A stretch of 64,000 nt of DNA from Gammaproteobacteria bacterium (GCA_006218035.1 VBWC01000010.1:75572-139571), one strand, 5' to 3'; numbered from the stretch's first letter, positions 48,300 through 59,390 are shown. Notes: a model not told the origin generated them from the sequence alone. Numbers and translations: made by a program.

Positions 48300-49514
48300 G
48301 TGACCCAAACCGCCAAAGAAGAGCCCATCGTCACGATCGAACTCGACGGCAAGCGCGCAACGCTGCTTGGCACCGCGCACGTGTCGCGCGCCAGCGCGGA
48401 CAAGGTTCGGCAGATGCTGGCCACCGGCGAGTATGATGCTGTCGCGGTCGAGCTTTGCCCGAGCCGCCACAGGGGCATCGTGCAACCGGACAACCTGGCG
48501 AAGATGGACTTGCTCGATATGCTGCGCAAGGGCAAAACCTCCATGGTCGCCGCAAATCTCGCACTTGGCGCCTATCAGCAGCGTCTCGCGGAACAGTTCG
48601 GTATTGAACCGGGTGCCGAAATGCGTGCCGCGATTGAGTCGGCGAGCGAGCGGCATTTGCCGGTACTGCTGCTCGACCGCGATATCGGCGTCACGTTGAA
48701 GCGCATTTATCGCGGTATTCCGTGGTGGCATCGCATCCGGCTCGTGGCCGGCCTGTTCGCAAGCGTCATTTCCAGCGACAAAATCAGCGAGGAGGAAATC
48801 GAACGGCTGAAAGAAGGCGATATTCTTGAAACGGCGTTCTCCGAATTCGCCGCGCGGGAACGCGACCTGTACCGGCCGCTGATTGACGAGCGCGACCGTT
48901 ACATGGCGGCGCGCCTGCTCGATGCGTTGAAGAACGGCGAGCAGAAAAATCTGCTGGCGGTTGTGGGCGCCGGGCATCTCAACGGGATGAAGCGTCATCT
49001 GGAAGAACAGCGGTCACTGCCGGTCGAGTCCTTGAACTCCAATATCCGCCAGCTGGAAACAGTCCCTCCGGCCGGAAAATTCCTCAAGATACTGCCGTGG
49101 GCCATCGCCGCGCTGATTGTGACGGGATTTGTCGCCGGATTTTCGCAGAGCCCCAGTCTTGGCTGGCACATGGTCGGCGACTGGGTGCTGATCACCGGCG
49201 GCCTCGCGGCACTCGGCGGACTGATTGCGCTGGCGCATCCGTTAACCATAGTCTCGGCATTCCTCGCCGCACCGATTACAACGCTCCACCCGATGATCGG
49301 TGTCGGGATGGTCACAGCCCCGGTCGAGCTGTTTATCAGAAAACCCACCGTCGGCGATTTCAGCGCCTTGCGCCACGATACTGCCCATCTGAAGGGTTGG
49401 TGGAAAAACCGTGTCGCGCGCGTTCTGCTGGTCTTCACATTGACCACGTTCGGAGCGGCTGCCGGTACCTATCTGGCGGGTTTCCGCATTTTCGGCCGGT
49501 TGACGGGTAACTGA
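48300..49514 (+). CDS. TraB/GumN-family protein
   Basis: 404 aa. IVTIELDGKRATLLGTAHVSRASADKV and GAGHL motifs. C-terminal TM helices. Confidence 0.65.
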   Translation: MTQTAKEEPIVTIELDGKRATLLGTAHVSRASADKVRQMLATGEYDAVAVELCPSRHRGIVQPDNLAKMDLLDMLRKGKTSMVAANLALGAYQQRLAEQFGIEPGAEMRAAIESASERHLPVLLLDRDIGVTLKRIYRGIPWWHRIRLVAGLFASVISSDKISEEEIERLKEGDILETAFSEFAARERDLYRPLIDERDRYMAARLLDALKNGEQKNLLAVVGAGHLNGMKRHLEEQRSLPVESLNSNIRQLETVPPAGKFLKILPWAIAALIVTGFVAGFSQSPSLGWHMVGDWVLITGGLAALGGLIALAHPLTIVSAFLAAPITTLHPMIGVGMVTAPVELFIRKPTVGDFSALRHDTAHLKGWWKNRVARVLLVFTLTTFGAAAGTYLAGFRIFGRLTGN

Positions 49515-49770
49515 GTTTGCCGGTTTTCCCGCGGCCTGTCGTCTCAAACCCGGCAGGTTCCGCGGTTTACGCCGTGCCGGGTGCGGCCAATGCGGCGGGT
49601 TACCGAACTTTTCAGATTCCGCGCGATCACACAGTGGTGTGATGTACGTAATACGGCCCTCCCCGATAGTGCCAGAAGTGTGATAAAAAGCGTCTTCCGC
49701 GCGCCACGGATCAGGCGGACGCGCTAACGGGGACAAGCCCGGACAACGGCGGACGAATTGAGCGGATACG

Positions 49771-51567
49771 TTGCCGTGGAACAGAAAGAATCATCGTTGG
49801 TCAGTAGAATCGTTCATGAGTAATCCCGGTCCTCCCCCATCGCGGGTCACGACAAGCGTCGCCACCTTCATCGCGCGGTTGCGCGCCGTGCTTGCCGGCG
49901 CGTTGCTGAATCGCTACGCCGGCTTTCTTGCCTGCCTCTACCTCTATTCCGTGACGATCCCGAAAATCGGCGGACTGGGCGAGGATTCAGTACCCTTGTC
50001 TTACGTCGAGACCGCAGTGGTCCTTTATCTGTACTACTACTTCAATACGATTCTGCGGCCTTCCCGCGTACAGGCCCTGCTCGCCGCTATCCCCATTTTC
50101 CTGGCCTACCTTGGCCAGGACATTTATTACATGATGTACGGCAGGGTGTTCCGCATTATCGAGCTCGCGGAAATCCCCGAACTGCTGGATATCCTCACAC
50201 CGGGGCTTATCGCGCTCGTCATCGTCGTTTTTTTGGTGCCGCTGCTGATCTTTGTATTTTCCGTCAATTACCGCCGGGTCTTTGCTATTGCCGGCGGCAG
50301 TTTGCCTCTGCTGTTGATGGTAGCGGCAGTGGAGTTCTTCCCGAATAGCTATGCAACCGCTTTCGAAAAAGTCGGCAACGAAATCGTCACGTGGTCGGAC
50401 CAGAGAAGCGTCGAGAACAACGGCCGATTTGCGATGCTGTTTTATCGAGAGGCACAGCGCATGACGGCCAAACAAATGACCATACCGTTCCGCGCACGGA
50501 CCGCTTACGATCACACGGCTCGCGAGTTTGCCGACCGGATCGGCAGCCAGCGCGTCAACAACAATGTCCATCTGATTGTCATGGAAAGTCTGCTCGACCC
50601 GACGCTGTTTCGTGGCGCGAGTTTCACGACTAACCCGACGCATCCGGACTTTGCCCGCCTGTTCGGCAACGCTACGGGCTTCTCGGTTTCCCCGGTTTTC
50701 GGCGGCGCGACATCGCAGGCCGAGTTCGAGGTGTTGTGCGGAGTACCGGCATTCCGGGAGCTCGGGAGCGTCGAATTCAATGCGTTTACCGGTGCCCAGG
50801 CATGGTGCCTGCCGGGGCTGCTGAAACTTGCCGGGTACCGGACCATTGCATCGAATGCGTTCAAACCGAACTTCTTCAATGCCGTTCCCGCTTATCGGGG
50901 TATCGGTTTTGGCGAGGCACACTTTCCACAGGAATATACCGGCACTACCGACACCTACCTGAGTATTGGCGACGTTAGTAACGAGTATTACATGTTCGAC
51001 GGGACGTTGTTCTCGCAAAACCTGGCCTTTGTCGAAAATATCGTCAAGGACAAGCAATCTCCGCCAATACTCAATTACGTACTGAGTATCTACGGCCACC
51101 TGCCTCATACACTGGATAACGAGAAAAGGCCTCAGGTACTCACGCTCATCGCCGATCACCCGGACGATCAGCTCGAGCGAGCCGCGAACCAGTATTACTA
51201 TCGTACCCAGGCCATCGCGGAATACGTCAACACACTTGTCGACATTGACCCGCACAGTCTGATTATTCTGATCAGCGATCACTTGCCGCCGCTGCAATAC
51301 GGCCCCAACACCTACCGCGATCTGCGTTATCTCGATAACCAGGAGAACAGCCGCTATTTGAATCGCGTCCTGATCATTGAAAACGGTACTGCAAAGCACT
51401 ACCCCACCATCCACCACTACGATGTGCCGGCATTGGTGTTCAACTATCTGACCGCAGGAACCTACTGCCGCGAAAATACCTGCGACTTCACGCAAGACAG
51501 GTTTATCGACAACCGCGCGGAGTACCACACACGGTACATGTCCCTGATGGCCCACGCGGCGGAGTAA
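49771..51567 (+). CDS. LTA synthase/sulfatase-family membrane protein (phosphoglycerol/phosphoethanolamine transferase-like)
   Basis: 598 aa. 5 N-terminal TM helices, then an alkaline-phosphatase-superfamily domain (HLIVMESL, SIYGHLPH, ILISDHLPP). Confidence 0.6.
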   Translation: MPWNRKNHRWSVESFMSNPGPPPSRVTTSVATFIARLRAVLAGALLNRYAGFLACLYLYSVTIPKIGGLGEDSVPLSYVETAVVLYLYYYFNTILRPSRVQALLAAIPIFLAYLGQDIYYMMYGRVFRIIELAEIPELLDILTPGLIALVIVVFLVPLLIFVFSVNYRRVFAIAGGSLPLLLMVAAVEFFPNSYATAFEKVGNEIVTWSDQRSVENNGRFAMLFYREAQRMTAKQMTIPFRARTAYDHTAREFADRIGSQRVNNNVHLIVMESLLDPTLFRGASFTTNPTHPDFARLFGNATGFSVSPVFGGATSQAEFEVLCGVPAFRELGSVEFNAFTGAQAWCLPGLLKLAGYRTIASNAFKPNFFNAVPAYRGIGFGEAHFPQEYTGTTDTYLSIGDVSNEYYMFDGTLFSQNLAFVENIVKDKQSPPILNYVLSIYGHLPHTLDNEKRPQVLTLIADHPDDQLERAANQYYYRTQAIAEYVNTLVDIDPHSLIILISDHLPPLQYGPNTYRDLRYLDNQENSRYLNRVLIIENGTAKHYPTIHHYDVPALVFNYLTAGTYCRENTCDFTQDRFIDNRAEYHTRYMSLMAHAAE

Positions 51568-51696
51568 CCCTGCGACGCAGAAAAAAAGCGAGCGCCACAT
51601 TCTGTTATCGGGTTCGCGCTTCTGCCTGGGGGCTAACCTGTCAACGGCGATACCAGAACGGGAAAGGTCACTCGTGCAACGGTACAGTATCAAGCA

Positions 51697-51745
51697 GCGA
51701 CCCCGAACGTGTGCGACCCCGAACGTGTGACGGCCCCGAATGTTA
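51697..51745 (+). repeat. Three tandem ~15-16-bp direct repeats upstream of the P-type ATPase gene
   Basis: gcgaccccgaacgtgtg / cgaccccgaacgtgtg / acggccccgaatgtta, ending ~50 bp before the ATG at 51798. Confidence 0.6.
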
Positions 51746-51797
51746 AGCTGTCCGTCCAACAAATCGGACCTCGCTCACATCACACGGAAACCGCGCC

Positions 51798-54506
51798 ATG
51801 AACGGGCCACAAGAAGTCACCGCCAACCACTCCGCGCACGCCGCGCCCATAACGCGCGTGCTGGAACAGTTCGTCAGCAATCCCAATGGCCTTGCCGACG
51901 CCGAGGCACGGCAGCGGCTCGAACGTTTTGGACCCAACCGGCTGTCGGAACGGCGCGGACGCGGGCCATTGCTGCGCTTCGCGCTCCAGTTTCACAACCT
52001 GCTTATCTACGTGATGCTGACGGCGGCGCTGGTCACGGCAGCGCTCGGTCAATGGGTGGACACCGGCGTCATCGTCGGTGTGGTGGTGATTAACGCGCTG
52101 GTCGGTTTCCTGCAGGAAGGCAAAGCGGAACAGGCGCTGGCGGCGATCCGGCGCATGTTATCGCTCAAGGCGACGGTGCTGCGCGACGGGCGTCCGCGTG
52201 TGCTCCCGGCCGAGGAGTTGGTGCCCGGCGACGTGGTGCTGGTGCAGTCCGGCGATCGTATTCCGGCGGATCTGCGGCTCATACAGGTGAAGAATTTTCG
52301 CGTGGAGGAGGCGGCGCTCACCGGCGAATCGGTACCCGTGGACAAACATACCGAGCCGGTCGCGGGCGACGCGGTGCTCGGCGACCGGCGCAACATGGCT
52401 TACTCCGGCACGTTGGTGTCGTATGGTCAGGCTCGCGGCGTGGTGGTCGCCACCGGTGATGCCACCGAACTGGGTCGCATCTCGCAGATGCTGTCGGCGG
52501 TGGAGCACATCGAGACACCGCTGCTGCGCAAAATCGCCGCGTTCAGTCAATGGCTCACGCTGGCCATCGCGACGGTGGCCGCCGCCACGTTTGCGCTTGG
52601 CGTGGGCGTGCATGATCAACCGGCGGCGGACATGTTCATGGCCGCCGTCGGACTGGCCGTGGCCGCCATTCCCGAGGGCTTGCCCGCTATCATCACCATC
52701 ACACTCGCCATCGGCGTGCAACGCATGGCGCGGCGCAACGCCATCATCCGCGTGCTGCCGGCGGTCGAGGCACTGGGCAGTGTCACTGTCATCTGTTCCG
52801 ACAAGACCGGTACCCTCACGCGCAACGAGATGACGGTGCAGTCGGTCGCAACCGCTGAGCATCGGTACGGCGTGAGCGGCGTAGGCTACGCGCCCGACGG
52901 CGCCTTTGTGCTCAACGAGCAGCCGGTCGACGTCGATGCCCACCCCGACCTCGCCGAACTGCTGCGCGCCGGCCTGCTGTGCAACGACGCGCAGTTGCGT
53001 AAAGAACGCGACCAATGGACGATCGACGGCGATCCCACCGAAGGCGCACTCGTCGTCGCGGCGCTCAAGGGCGGGTTCGATGCGCGGCTGGAAGCGGAAA
53101 GGCTGCCGCGCATCGATGTGATTCCGTTCGAGTCCGAACACCGTTTCATGGCCACATTGCACCACGATCACGCGGGCCACGGCTTCGTTTATCTCAAGGG
53201 TGCGCCCGAGCGCGTGCTGGACATGTGCGCGCTCGAACGTTTCACCGGCACCGACAGGCCACTGCGTCGCGACCACTGGCACGCGCGTATCCAGCACATC
53301 GCGGCGCAGGGACAACGCGTGCTGGCCTTGGCATTTCGCGCCGCCGCCGGGCAACGCGAATTGAGCTTCGGCGACGTGGAGGATGGCCTCACGCTGCTCG
53401 GTGTGGTCGGCATGATCGACCCGCCGCGCGAGGAGGCGATCCGCGCCATTGCCGCCTGCCATGCCGCCGGCATAGCCGTGAAGATGATTACCGGCGATCA
53501 CGCCGCGACGGCGACCGCGATCGCGGTCCAACTCGGCATCGGCGACGGCAGTACGGCGATCACCGGCCAAGCGCTGGCGGAAATGGACGCGGAGGGTTGG
53601 CGCGACATTGCATCAAAGGCCAGCGTATATGCGCGCGTCAGCCCCGAGCACAAACTCAAACTGGTCGAGGCGTTACAGGCGCAAGGTGCTGTGGTGGCCA
53701 TGACCGGCGACGGTGTGAACGACGCGCCCGCGCTCAAGCGCGCCGACGTCGGCGTGGCGATGGGCATCACCGGCACCGAGGTCGCCAAGGAAGCCGCCGA
53801 GATCGTGCTGGCCGACGATAACTTCGCCACCATCATCAACGCCGTGGAAGAGGGGCGCACGGTGTATGACAACCTGCGCAAGACCATTCTGTTCATCATG
53901 CCGACCAACGGCGCCGAGGCAGGCACCCTCGTCACTGCCATCGCATTGGGCATGGTATTACCGATACTGCCGGTACAGATCCTGTGGGTGAACATGGTGA
54001 CCGCGGTGACGTTGTCGCTGGCACTTGTTTTCGAGCCCACCGAAGCCGACACCATGCGGCGTCCGCCGCGCGCGCCGGACGCCGCGCTGTTTTCCGGCTA
54101 CTTCGTCTGGCGCACGCTGCTCGTAACGCTGCTGGCCGCCGCCGGCGTGCTGGGCATGTTTCTGTGGGAGCAGGCGCAAGGCGCGAGCGTGGCAGCGGCG
54201 CGCACCGCCGCCGTGAACACGCTGGTGGTGATCGAAGTGTTTTATTTGCTCAATACGCGCTATCTGCTGGCGCCCGCGTGGCCGCAGCGCGCGCTGACCG
54301 GCAATCGCTATGTGCCGCTCAGCATCGCGGCGGCGCTCACGGTGCAGTTGTTATTCACCTACGCGCCGTTCATGCAGACGCTGTTTCACACCGCCGCGCT
54401 GGGTGCTGAAGTATGGGGCCGTATCGTGCTGATCGGCGGCGTCGTCTACGCCGTTGTGGAGCTGGAAAAATGGTTGGTGCGCGCCCTGGGATTCAAGGTA
54501 GTCTGA
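51798..54506 (+). CDS. P2-type cation-transporting ATPase (Ca2+/Mg2+-type)
   Basis: 902 aa. N-terminal cation-ATPase domain, TGES, DKTGTLT, TGDHAATA, GDGVNDAPAL. 10 TM helices. Confidence 0.85.
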   Translation: MNGPQEVTANHSAHAAPITRVLEQFVSNPNGLADAEARQRLERFGPNRLSERRGRGPLLRFALQFHNLLIYVMLTAALVTAALGQWVDTGVIVGVVVINALVGFLQEGKAEQALAAIRRMLSLKATVLRDGRPRVLPAEELVPGDVVLVQSGDRIPADLRLIQVKNFRVEEAALTGESVPVDKHTEPVAGDAVLGDRRNMAYSGTLVSYGQARGVVVATGDATELGRISQMLSAVEHIETPLLRKIAAFSQWLTLAIATVAAATFALGVGVHDQPAADMFMAAVGLAVAAIPEGLPAIITITLAIGVQRMARRNAIIRVLPAVEALGSVTVICSDKTGTLTRNEMTVQSVATAEHRYGVSGVGYAPDGAFVLNEQPVDVDAHPDLAELLRAGLLCNDAQLRKERDQWTIDGDPTEGALVVAALKGGFDARLEAERLPRIDVIPFESEHRFMATLHHDHAGHGFVYLKGAPERVLDMCALERFTGTDRPLRRDHWHARIQHIAAQGQRVLALAFRAAAGQRELSFGDVEDGLTLLGVVGMIDPPREEAIRAIAACHAAGIAVKMITGDHAATATAIAVQLGIGDGSTAITGQALAEMDAEGWRDIASKASVYARVSPEHKLKLVEALQAQGAVVAMTGDGVNDAPALKRADVGVAMGITGTEVAKEAAEIVLADDNFATIINAVEEGRTVYDNLRKTILFIMPTNGAEAGTLVTAIALGMVLPILPVQILWVNMVTAVTLSLALVFEPTEADTMRRPPRAPDAALFSGYFVWRTLLVTLLAAAGVLGMFLWEQAQGASVAAARTAAVNTLVVIEVFYLLNTRYLLAPAWPQRALTGNRYVPLSIAAALTVQLLFTYAPFMQTLFHTAALGAEVWGRIVLIGGVVYAVVELEKWLVRALGFKVV

Positions 54507-54968
54507 CGGCGCGATACCGGCACCATTGCTGACGCGTGTTATGTCGACAGCTCTTCAACATCAGGGGCGCGCACGGAAATACATACCGTCTTCATTCTGC
54601 CGGTCATACTGTTGTTCCGCGCGCATGTTCGGCGAGTCGGGCGCGTCCAGGCGCACCGAAAATTCCGGTTGTTCGCTCTCGATCCGCCCGAGGCGCCGCG
54701 CCCGGCTCGTTTACCGGGCATTCGCAATAACATTTCCCGCCCCAACCCCAACCTGCCGATTCTGACGCACAGCCGCGTGGGGTTTCCGCTTTCCAGCCGT
54801 CACAATGACGACTGGAAATTGCGGCTATCGAGTCGACCGAACAACATCGACAAATCCGCAATAGATTTATGGTGTCTCTCCGGTGACCCAACGTTTCGCC
54901 AATGTTCAGCTTACGTTCAGTGCCGCGGGGCTAGCCTGATAGTCGTGTACCACAGAGTGGAGGCGAAG

Positions 54969-55322
54969 ATGATCACTATCACTACACGTCCGGCGATTTA
55001 TGGACTCGGCGTCATGCTGGCAGGCGCCTTGGTATCTACCCCGATCCACGCCCACGAAACGGGGTGGCGATCTTCGGGGTCGGTCGTTATCTCGCATGAA
55101 ATCCGTGATGAACACCGTTATCCACGCCACGAGGACCGTGACCGACCCCGTCATAAGGAGTACAAGCGTCACGGTCATGGACATGGACATGATCGAGAGC
55201 ATGGCGCCCGGTACGTGCCGGCGCGCGAATTCCATGCCGTACCATCCTACTCCCGCGACGACGGTTATTATGACGCGCCCGTGCGCGGCACAACCATCGT
55301 GACCATCCGCTACGTGTATTAG
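54969..55322 (+). CDS. Secreted His/Arg/Asp-rich small protein
   Basis: Start at ATG 54969 (MITITTRPAIYGLGVMLAGALVSTPIHA signal peptide). HEDRDRPRHKEYKRHGHGHGHDREHG low-complexity region. Confidence 0.4.
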   Translation: MITITTRPAIYGLGVMLAGALVSTPIHAHETGWRSSGSVVISHEIRDEHRYPRHEDRDRPRHKEYKRHGHGHGHDREHGARYVPAREFHAVPSYSRDDGYYDAPVRGTTIVTIRYVY

Positions 55323-55406
55323 GTGGTTGGCAGGGCAAACAAAAACGGTGACAATACGGCCTGATCGAACCAACAGAATCGCTATCGCGAGGATCAGGCC
55401 GATATC

Positions 55407-55688
55407 ATGATCAGCAACTATTACGAGCAATTAGTCATGGACCGGATCACTGAGTTCCTTGTCGACAGCGACCTGGCGCACGATCCCGATTACGCCGAGG
55501 ACATTGCCTGCGTGGCACTCAATCAGCTGCCTGCGCGTTATGTCCGGCATGCGGTTGATGTGTCGTTTTACATGACCCGGGAAGAACGGCAGGACATCGA
55601 GAATAATGTCGATGCCGTCATCCGCAAGGCGATTGAATTTATCGAGCGCCGCCGCAACAACCCGCCTGACGACCGTCACCCGAGCTAA
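55407..55688 (+). CDS. ComFB-family protein
   Basis: 93 aa. YYEQLVMDRITEFL...IACVALNQLPARYV pattern typical of the late-competence ComFB domain. Confidence 0.55.
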   Translation: MISNYYEQLVMDRITEFLVDSDLAHDPDYAEDIACVALNQLPARYVRHAVDVSFYMTREERQDIENNVDAVIRKAIEFIERRRNNPPDDRHPS

Positions 55689-56144
55689 GCGGCGCTGCTT
55701 TCCTGCCTGGCAATGAGTTGCCAGCGACCCTCGATAACGCAGGGACTAACCCCTCCCCCGCCAATCGCCGGGACACGCGGTTTGCCAACGTCTGCGCCGC
55801 GACCTGACCTTACGCCCGGCCGGCCGGCGATCCTGCTGATATCCAGACATATTTACATAACTATCCCGGCCAGCGCGGTACGCCGTGCCAAGCTATTCAC
55901 TTCTAAAGTTTTTAGTCCTCCAACCGCAATATATCAATACATCCCCCGGTCGCAGCAGCCACGGCGCGCGCGTCGCCGCCGGGAAAAGGTTGTCGGTGCG
56001 TCTGTGTGCCGTTTTTACATTCCGGACAGGCCGTATGCAGGTAGACACTGTAGTTGCTGAACACTTCCTCCCCCGCGCCTGCCACGGCATAGGCCGGGCT
56101 AATTTTTTATTGACTGTTTTCCGACTCCACTTGCACGGGTAACG

Positions 56145-57929
56145 ATGATGGAGTCGTTCAATATTCTCCTAGTGACCGGCAACAGCGAAACCGTCGGCCT
56201 GATTGAACGGCATCTGCTCGGCGCAATTAACGCACGCTACGAGCTGGCAGGCGCAGCCGATATTGATGCAGCGTGCGCTGGACTGGAAAATTCACCCTGT
56301 GACGTTCTGCTTCTCGATATTGAGGGCGACGACAATCACGGCCTGAAAGCGGTCAAGCGGCTCAACAAGGCCTACCCGAGTCTTCCCGTGATCGTCGTTA
56401 CCTGCCTGGACGACGAGGCAGCGGCAATAGAGGCGTTAAAATCGGGCGCGCAGGATTATTTGATCAAGGGCAACATCGAGCCGCGCGGCCTGGCCCGTTC
56501 CATCTACCACAGCCTGGAGCGCAATCGTCTGCAGCTTCGACTCGAAGCAGCGGAACAACGCGCGCATTTCCTGGCGACCTGTGACGTGCTAACCGGGCTG
56601 GCAAATCGCCAGGCATTCAACGACCGGCTCGACCGGGCTATCAAGTATTCCGAGCGCTATAACCTGAAGCTGGCCGTGCTGCTGCTGGATATCGATCGCT
56701 TCAAGAGTGTCAACGAAACGCTTGGCCATCAGGCCGGCGACAAACTACTCAAGGAAATCGCCACGCGATTGCGCGCGTCTATACGTGAAACCGATGTCGT
56801 CGCACGCGTCGGGGGAGATGAATTTCTCTTCATGCTGCTGAACATACAGGAAGCGTATAACGCCGCCCGCGTCGCCGAGCATATTCTGGGCGCGCTCGAT
56901 AAACCGTTGATCGTCAATGGCCACGAGATCTTCCTGACAGCGACCGTCGGCATTGCGCTATATCCGGATGATGGCAAAACTCTGTGGACGCTGATACGCA
57001 ACGCGGATACCGCGATGAACATCGGCAAGCGCGCCGGTCACCAGCGGTATAAATTTTATGCGGCAGAAATGAACAACCGCGCGATGAAGCGACTGGAAAT
57101 GGAAGCCGATCTGCGTCATGCGCTCAAGCGCAACGAATTCATTCTGCATTATCAGCCGCAGGTCAACGGGCAACCGGATCAGATCATCGCCACCGAGGCA
57201 TTGGTGCGTTGGCAGCACCCGAAACAAGGCATGGTGCCACCAAACGATTTCATCCCGTTGACCGAGGAGACCGGCATGATCATCAGCCTCGGCGAATGGG
57301 TATTGCACGAGGCCTGTCGCCGCAACCGTGAGTGGCAGGACGCGGGTTACGCGCCGATCCGAATCGCGGTCAACGTTTCACCGCGCCAGTTTGAGCAACC
57401 CGCGTTCGTCGAAACGGTAAAACAGGTATTAAGGGACACGCATCTCGACCCGCGCTGGCTCGAGCTGGAACTGACCGAGGGCGCGGTGATGCAGGATGCC
57501 GAAAAAACCATCGATGCGCTCAAGGAACTGAAGCAGCTCGGTACACGCGTGTCAATCGACGATTTCGGTACCGGATATTCGTCACTCAGTTACCTGAAGC
57601 GCTTTCCCATCGACATGCTGAAGGTCGACAAGTCCTTTGTCGACGACGTACCGGGCGACCCCGACGATGTAGCCATCGTCAAGGCCATCCTGGCGATGGC
57701 AAAAAGTCTGTCTCTCGAAGTCATCGCCGAAGGTATCGAAACGGCGGAGCAAAGTGCTTTCATGCAGGGCCTGGGGTGCGATTACATGCAGGGCTTTCTG
57801 TTCTATCGTCCGCTGCCGCACGAACAGATCGCCACTATTCTCCAGGGGCTGGGCTCAGTCAAAGGCAAGCGGCGTATCGGACGCGCCGCGGACGCCACGC
57901 CGGCGCCGACCGACGGCAAACAGAAATAG
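56145..57929 (+). CDS. Response-regulator receiver-GGDEF-EAL protein (c-di-GMP turnover)
   Basis: 594 aa. N-terminal REC-like domain. GGDEF active site (VARVGGDEFLFML). EAL domain motifs (EALVRW, DDFGTGYSSLSYL, EGIET). Confidence 0.8.
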   Translation: MMESFNILLVTGNSETVGLIERHLLGAINARYELAGAADIDAACAGLENSPCDVLLLDIEGDDNHGLKAVKRLNKAYPSLPVIVVTCLDDEAAAIEALKSGAQDYLIKGNIEPRGLARSIYHSLERNRLQLRLEAAEQRAHFLATCDVLTGLANRQAFNDRLDRAIKYSERYNLKLAVLLLDIDRFKSVNETLGHQAGDKLLKEIATRLRASIRETDVVARVGGDEFLFMLLNIQEAYNAARVAEHILGALDKPLIVNGHEIFLTATVGIALYPDDGKTLWTLIRNADTAMNIGKRAGHQRYKFYAAEMNNRAMKRLEMEADLRHALKRNEFILHYQPQVNGQPDQIIATEALVRWQHPKQGMVPPNDFIPLTEETGMIISLGEWVLHEACRRNREWQDAGYAPIRIAVNVSPRQFEQPAFVETVKQVLRDTHLDPRWLELELTEGAVMQDAEKTIDALKELKQLGTRVSIDDFGTGYSSLSYLKRFPIDMLKVDKSFVDDVPGDPDDVAIVKAILAMAKSLSLEVIAEGIETAEQSAFMQGLGCDYMQGFLFYRPLPHEQIATILQGLGSVKGKRRIGRAADATPAPTDGKQK

Positions 57930-57931
57930 AG

Positions 57932-58834
57932 TCAGACCAGGCCCGGATCCCCACCGACCGCGCGGCGCAGACTCTCTGCGAGCTGCTGAGTCGCGGGTCC
58001 GACCTTTTCCCGCCGACCGAAAATCAAATAGAGATAGGCCTTGCGCACACCGCCGGCGCGCATAGGCAGCGCTTTGACAATGCCACGGCTGACGGCCTCA
58101 CGGATTTGATGGCGTGGCAACCAGCCGAATCCCAGACCACTGCAAACCGTCGTCACCGCGGTATCAATGCTGGTGACGGTCCAACGGTATTCGGCGCCCA
58201 ACCAACCGACGTCCTTCTTTCTATACAGCCCGGAATCACGTATTACCACCTGTATTTCCCGCCGCAGATCATTGGCAGTCACCGCCCGTCCGAGATGATG
58301 CAACGGATGCTCGGCATGGGCGACGGCGACGAACTCAATCTCCAGCAGCGCATCGCCGAGGAATCCCGCCGGCACCTCGGCACCGACCGCAAGATCCGCG
58401 CTGCCGTCCTCGAGTGCTTCCTCCGCACCGGACAGCACCACCTCCTGTAACTGGACACGCGTACCACGGCTGATCGGCGCAAACATCTTCAGCGCTGACA
58501 TCAAGCTGTCCACCGGAAAAGCGGCATCGACCACCAGCCGGACCTCGGGCTCCCAGCCGTCCGCCAGATTGCCCGCGAGCTTTTCAAGTTCAAGCGCATC
58601 GTCGACCAGGCGGCGCGACCGGCGCAACAATGCGGTACCGGTTTCGGTCAACTGCGCCTTGCGCCCTTCGATCACCAGCAACGGCACACCCACCTGCTCC
58701 TGTAGACGGGCGATGGTATAGCTCACCGACGACTGGCTACGATGCAGTTTTTCCGCCGCCTGAGCGTATCCGCCGCTGTCGACGACCGCCTGCAACACCC
58801 GCCATTGCTCCAGTGTCGTACGTGGAATAGGCAT
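57932..58834 (-). CDS. LysR-family transcriptional regulator
   Basis: 300 aa. N-terminal wHTH (LEQWRVLQAVVDSGGYAQAAEKLHRSQSSVSYTIARLQ). Divergent from the DoxX gene. Confidence 0.75.
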   Translation of the reverse strand: MPIPRTTLEQWRVLQAVVDSGGYAQAAEKLHRSQSSVSYTIARLQEQVGVPLLVIEGRKAQLTETGTALLRRSRRLVDDALELEKLAGNLADGWEPEVRLVVDAAFPVDSLMSALKMFAPISRGTRVQLQEVVLSGAEEALEDGSADLAVGAEVPAGFLGDALLEIEFVAVAHAEHPLHHLGRAVTANDLRREIQVVIRDSGLYRKKDVGWLGAEYRWTVTSIDTAVTTVCSGLGFGWLPRHQIREAVSRGIVKALPMRAGGVRKAYLYLIFGRREKVGPATQQLAESLRRAVGGDPGLV

Positions 58835-58939
58835 ATATATCTGGTTATTCGATATTAATAACCGGCATTTTGCACTTTTATATCTGATATTGAAATCTAT
58901 AATGGGGGTTGTTCGAACTCGCGAATCAATCAGGAGGGT

Positions 58940-59323
58940 ATGGTCATGGAAAAAATCACACTGCTAACGGGGCGCGTCCTGCTGGCCCATCTGTTTCTGC
59001 TGGCCGGTATCAGCAAGATCGGCGCTTATGCCGGCACACAGGGATACATGGAAAGCATGGGAGCTCCCGGCGCATTGTTGCCGCTGGTTATCCTGACCGA
59101 GGTCGGCGGCGCACTGGCACTGATCGTCGGCTGGCAGACCCGCTGGGCAGCAATCGCACTGGCCGGATTCAGCATACTCTCGGCATTGATGTTCCATACC
59201 AATTTCAGCGATCAGATACAGATGATCATGTTCATGAAAAACGGCGCGATCGCCGGCGGATTGCTGGTGCTTGCCGCGGCGGGGCCCGGCGGCCTGAGCC
59301 TGGATCATCGCCGGGGCCGCTGA
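58940..59323 (+). CDS. DoxX-family membrane protein
   Basis: 127 aa. LLGRVLLAHLFLLAGISKI DoxX signature, 4 TM helices. AGGAGGG SD. Confidence 0.65.
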   Translation: MVMEKITLLTGRVLLAHLFLLAGISKIGAYAGTQGYMESMGAPGALLPLVILTEVGGALALIVGWQTRWAAIALAGFSILSALMFHTNFSDQIQMIMFMKNGAIAGGLLVLAAAGPGGLSLDHRRGR

Positions 59324-59390
59324 TCATGCGCGTAGCGCGGCACGAAGTGTCCGCCCGCCAATCGCGTTTACCGGAACGAGGTGCGGAATA

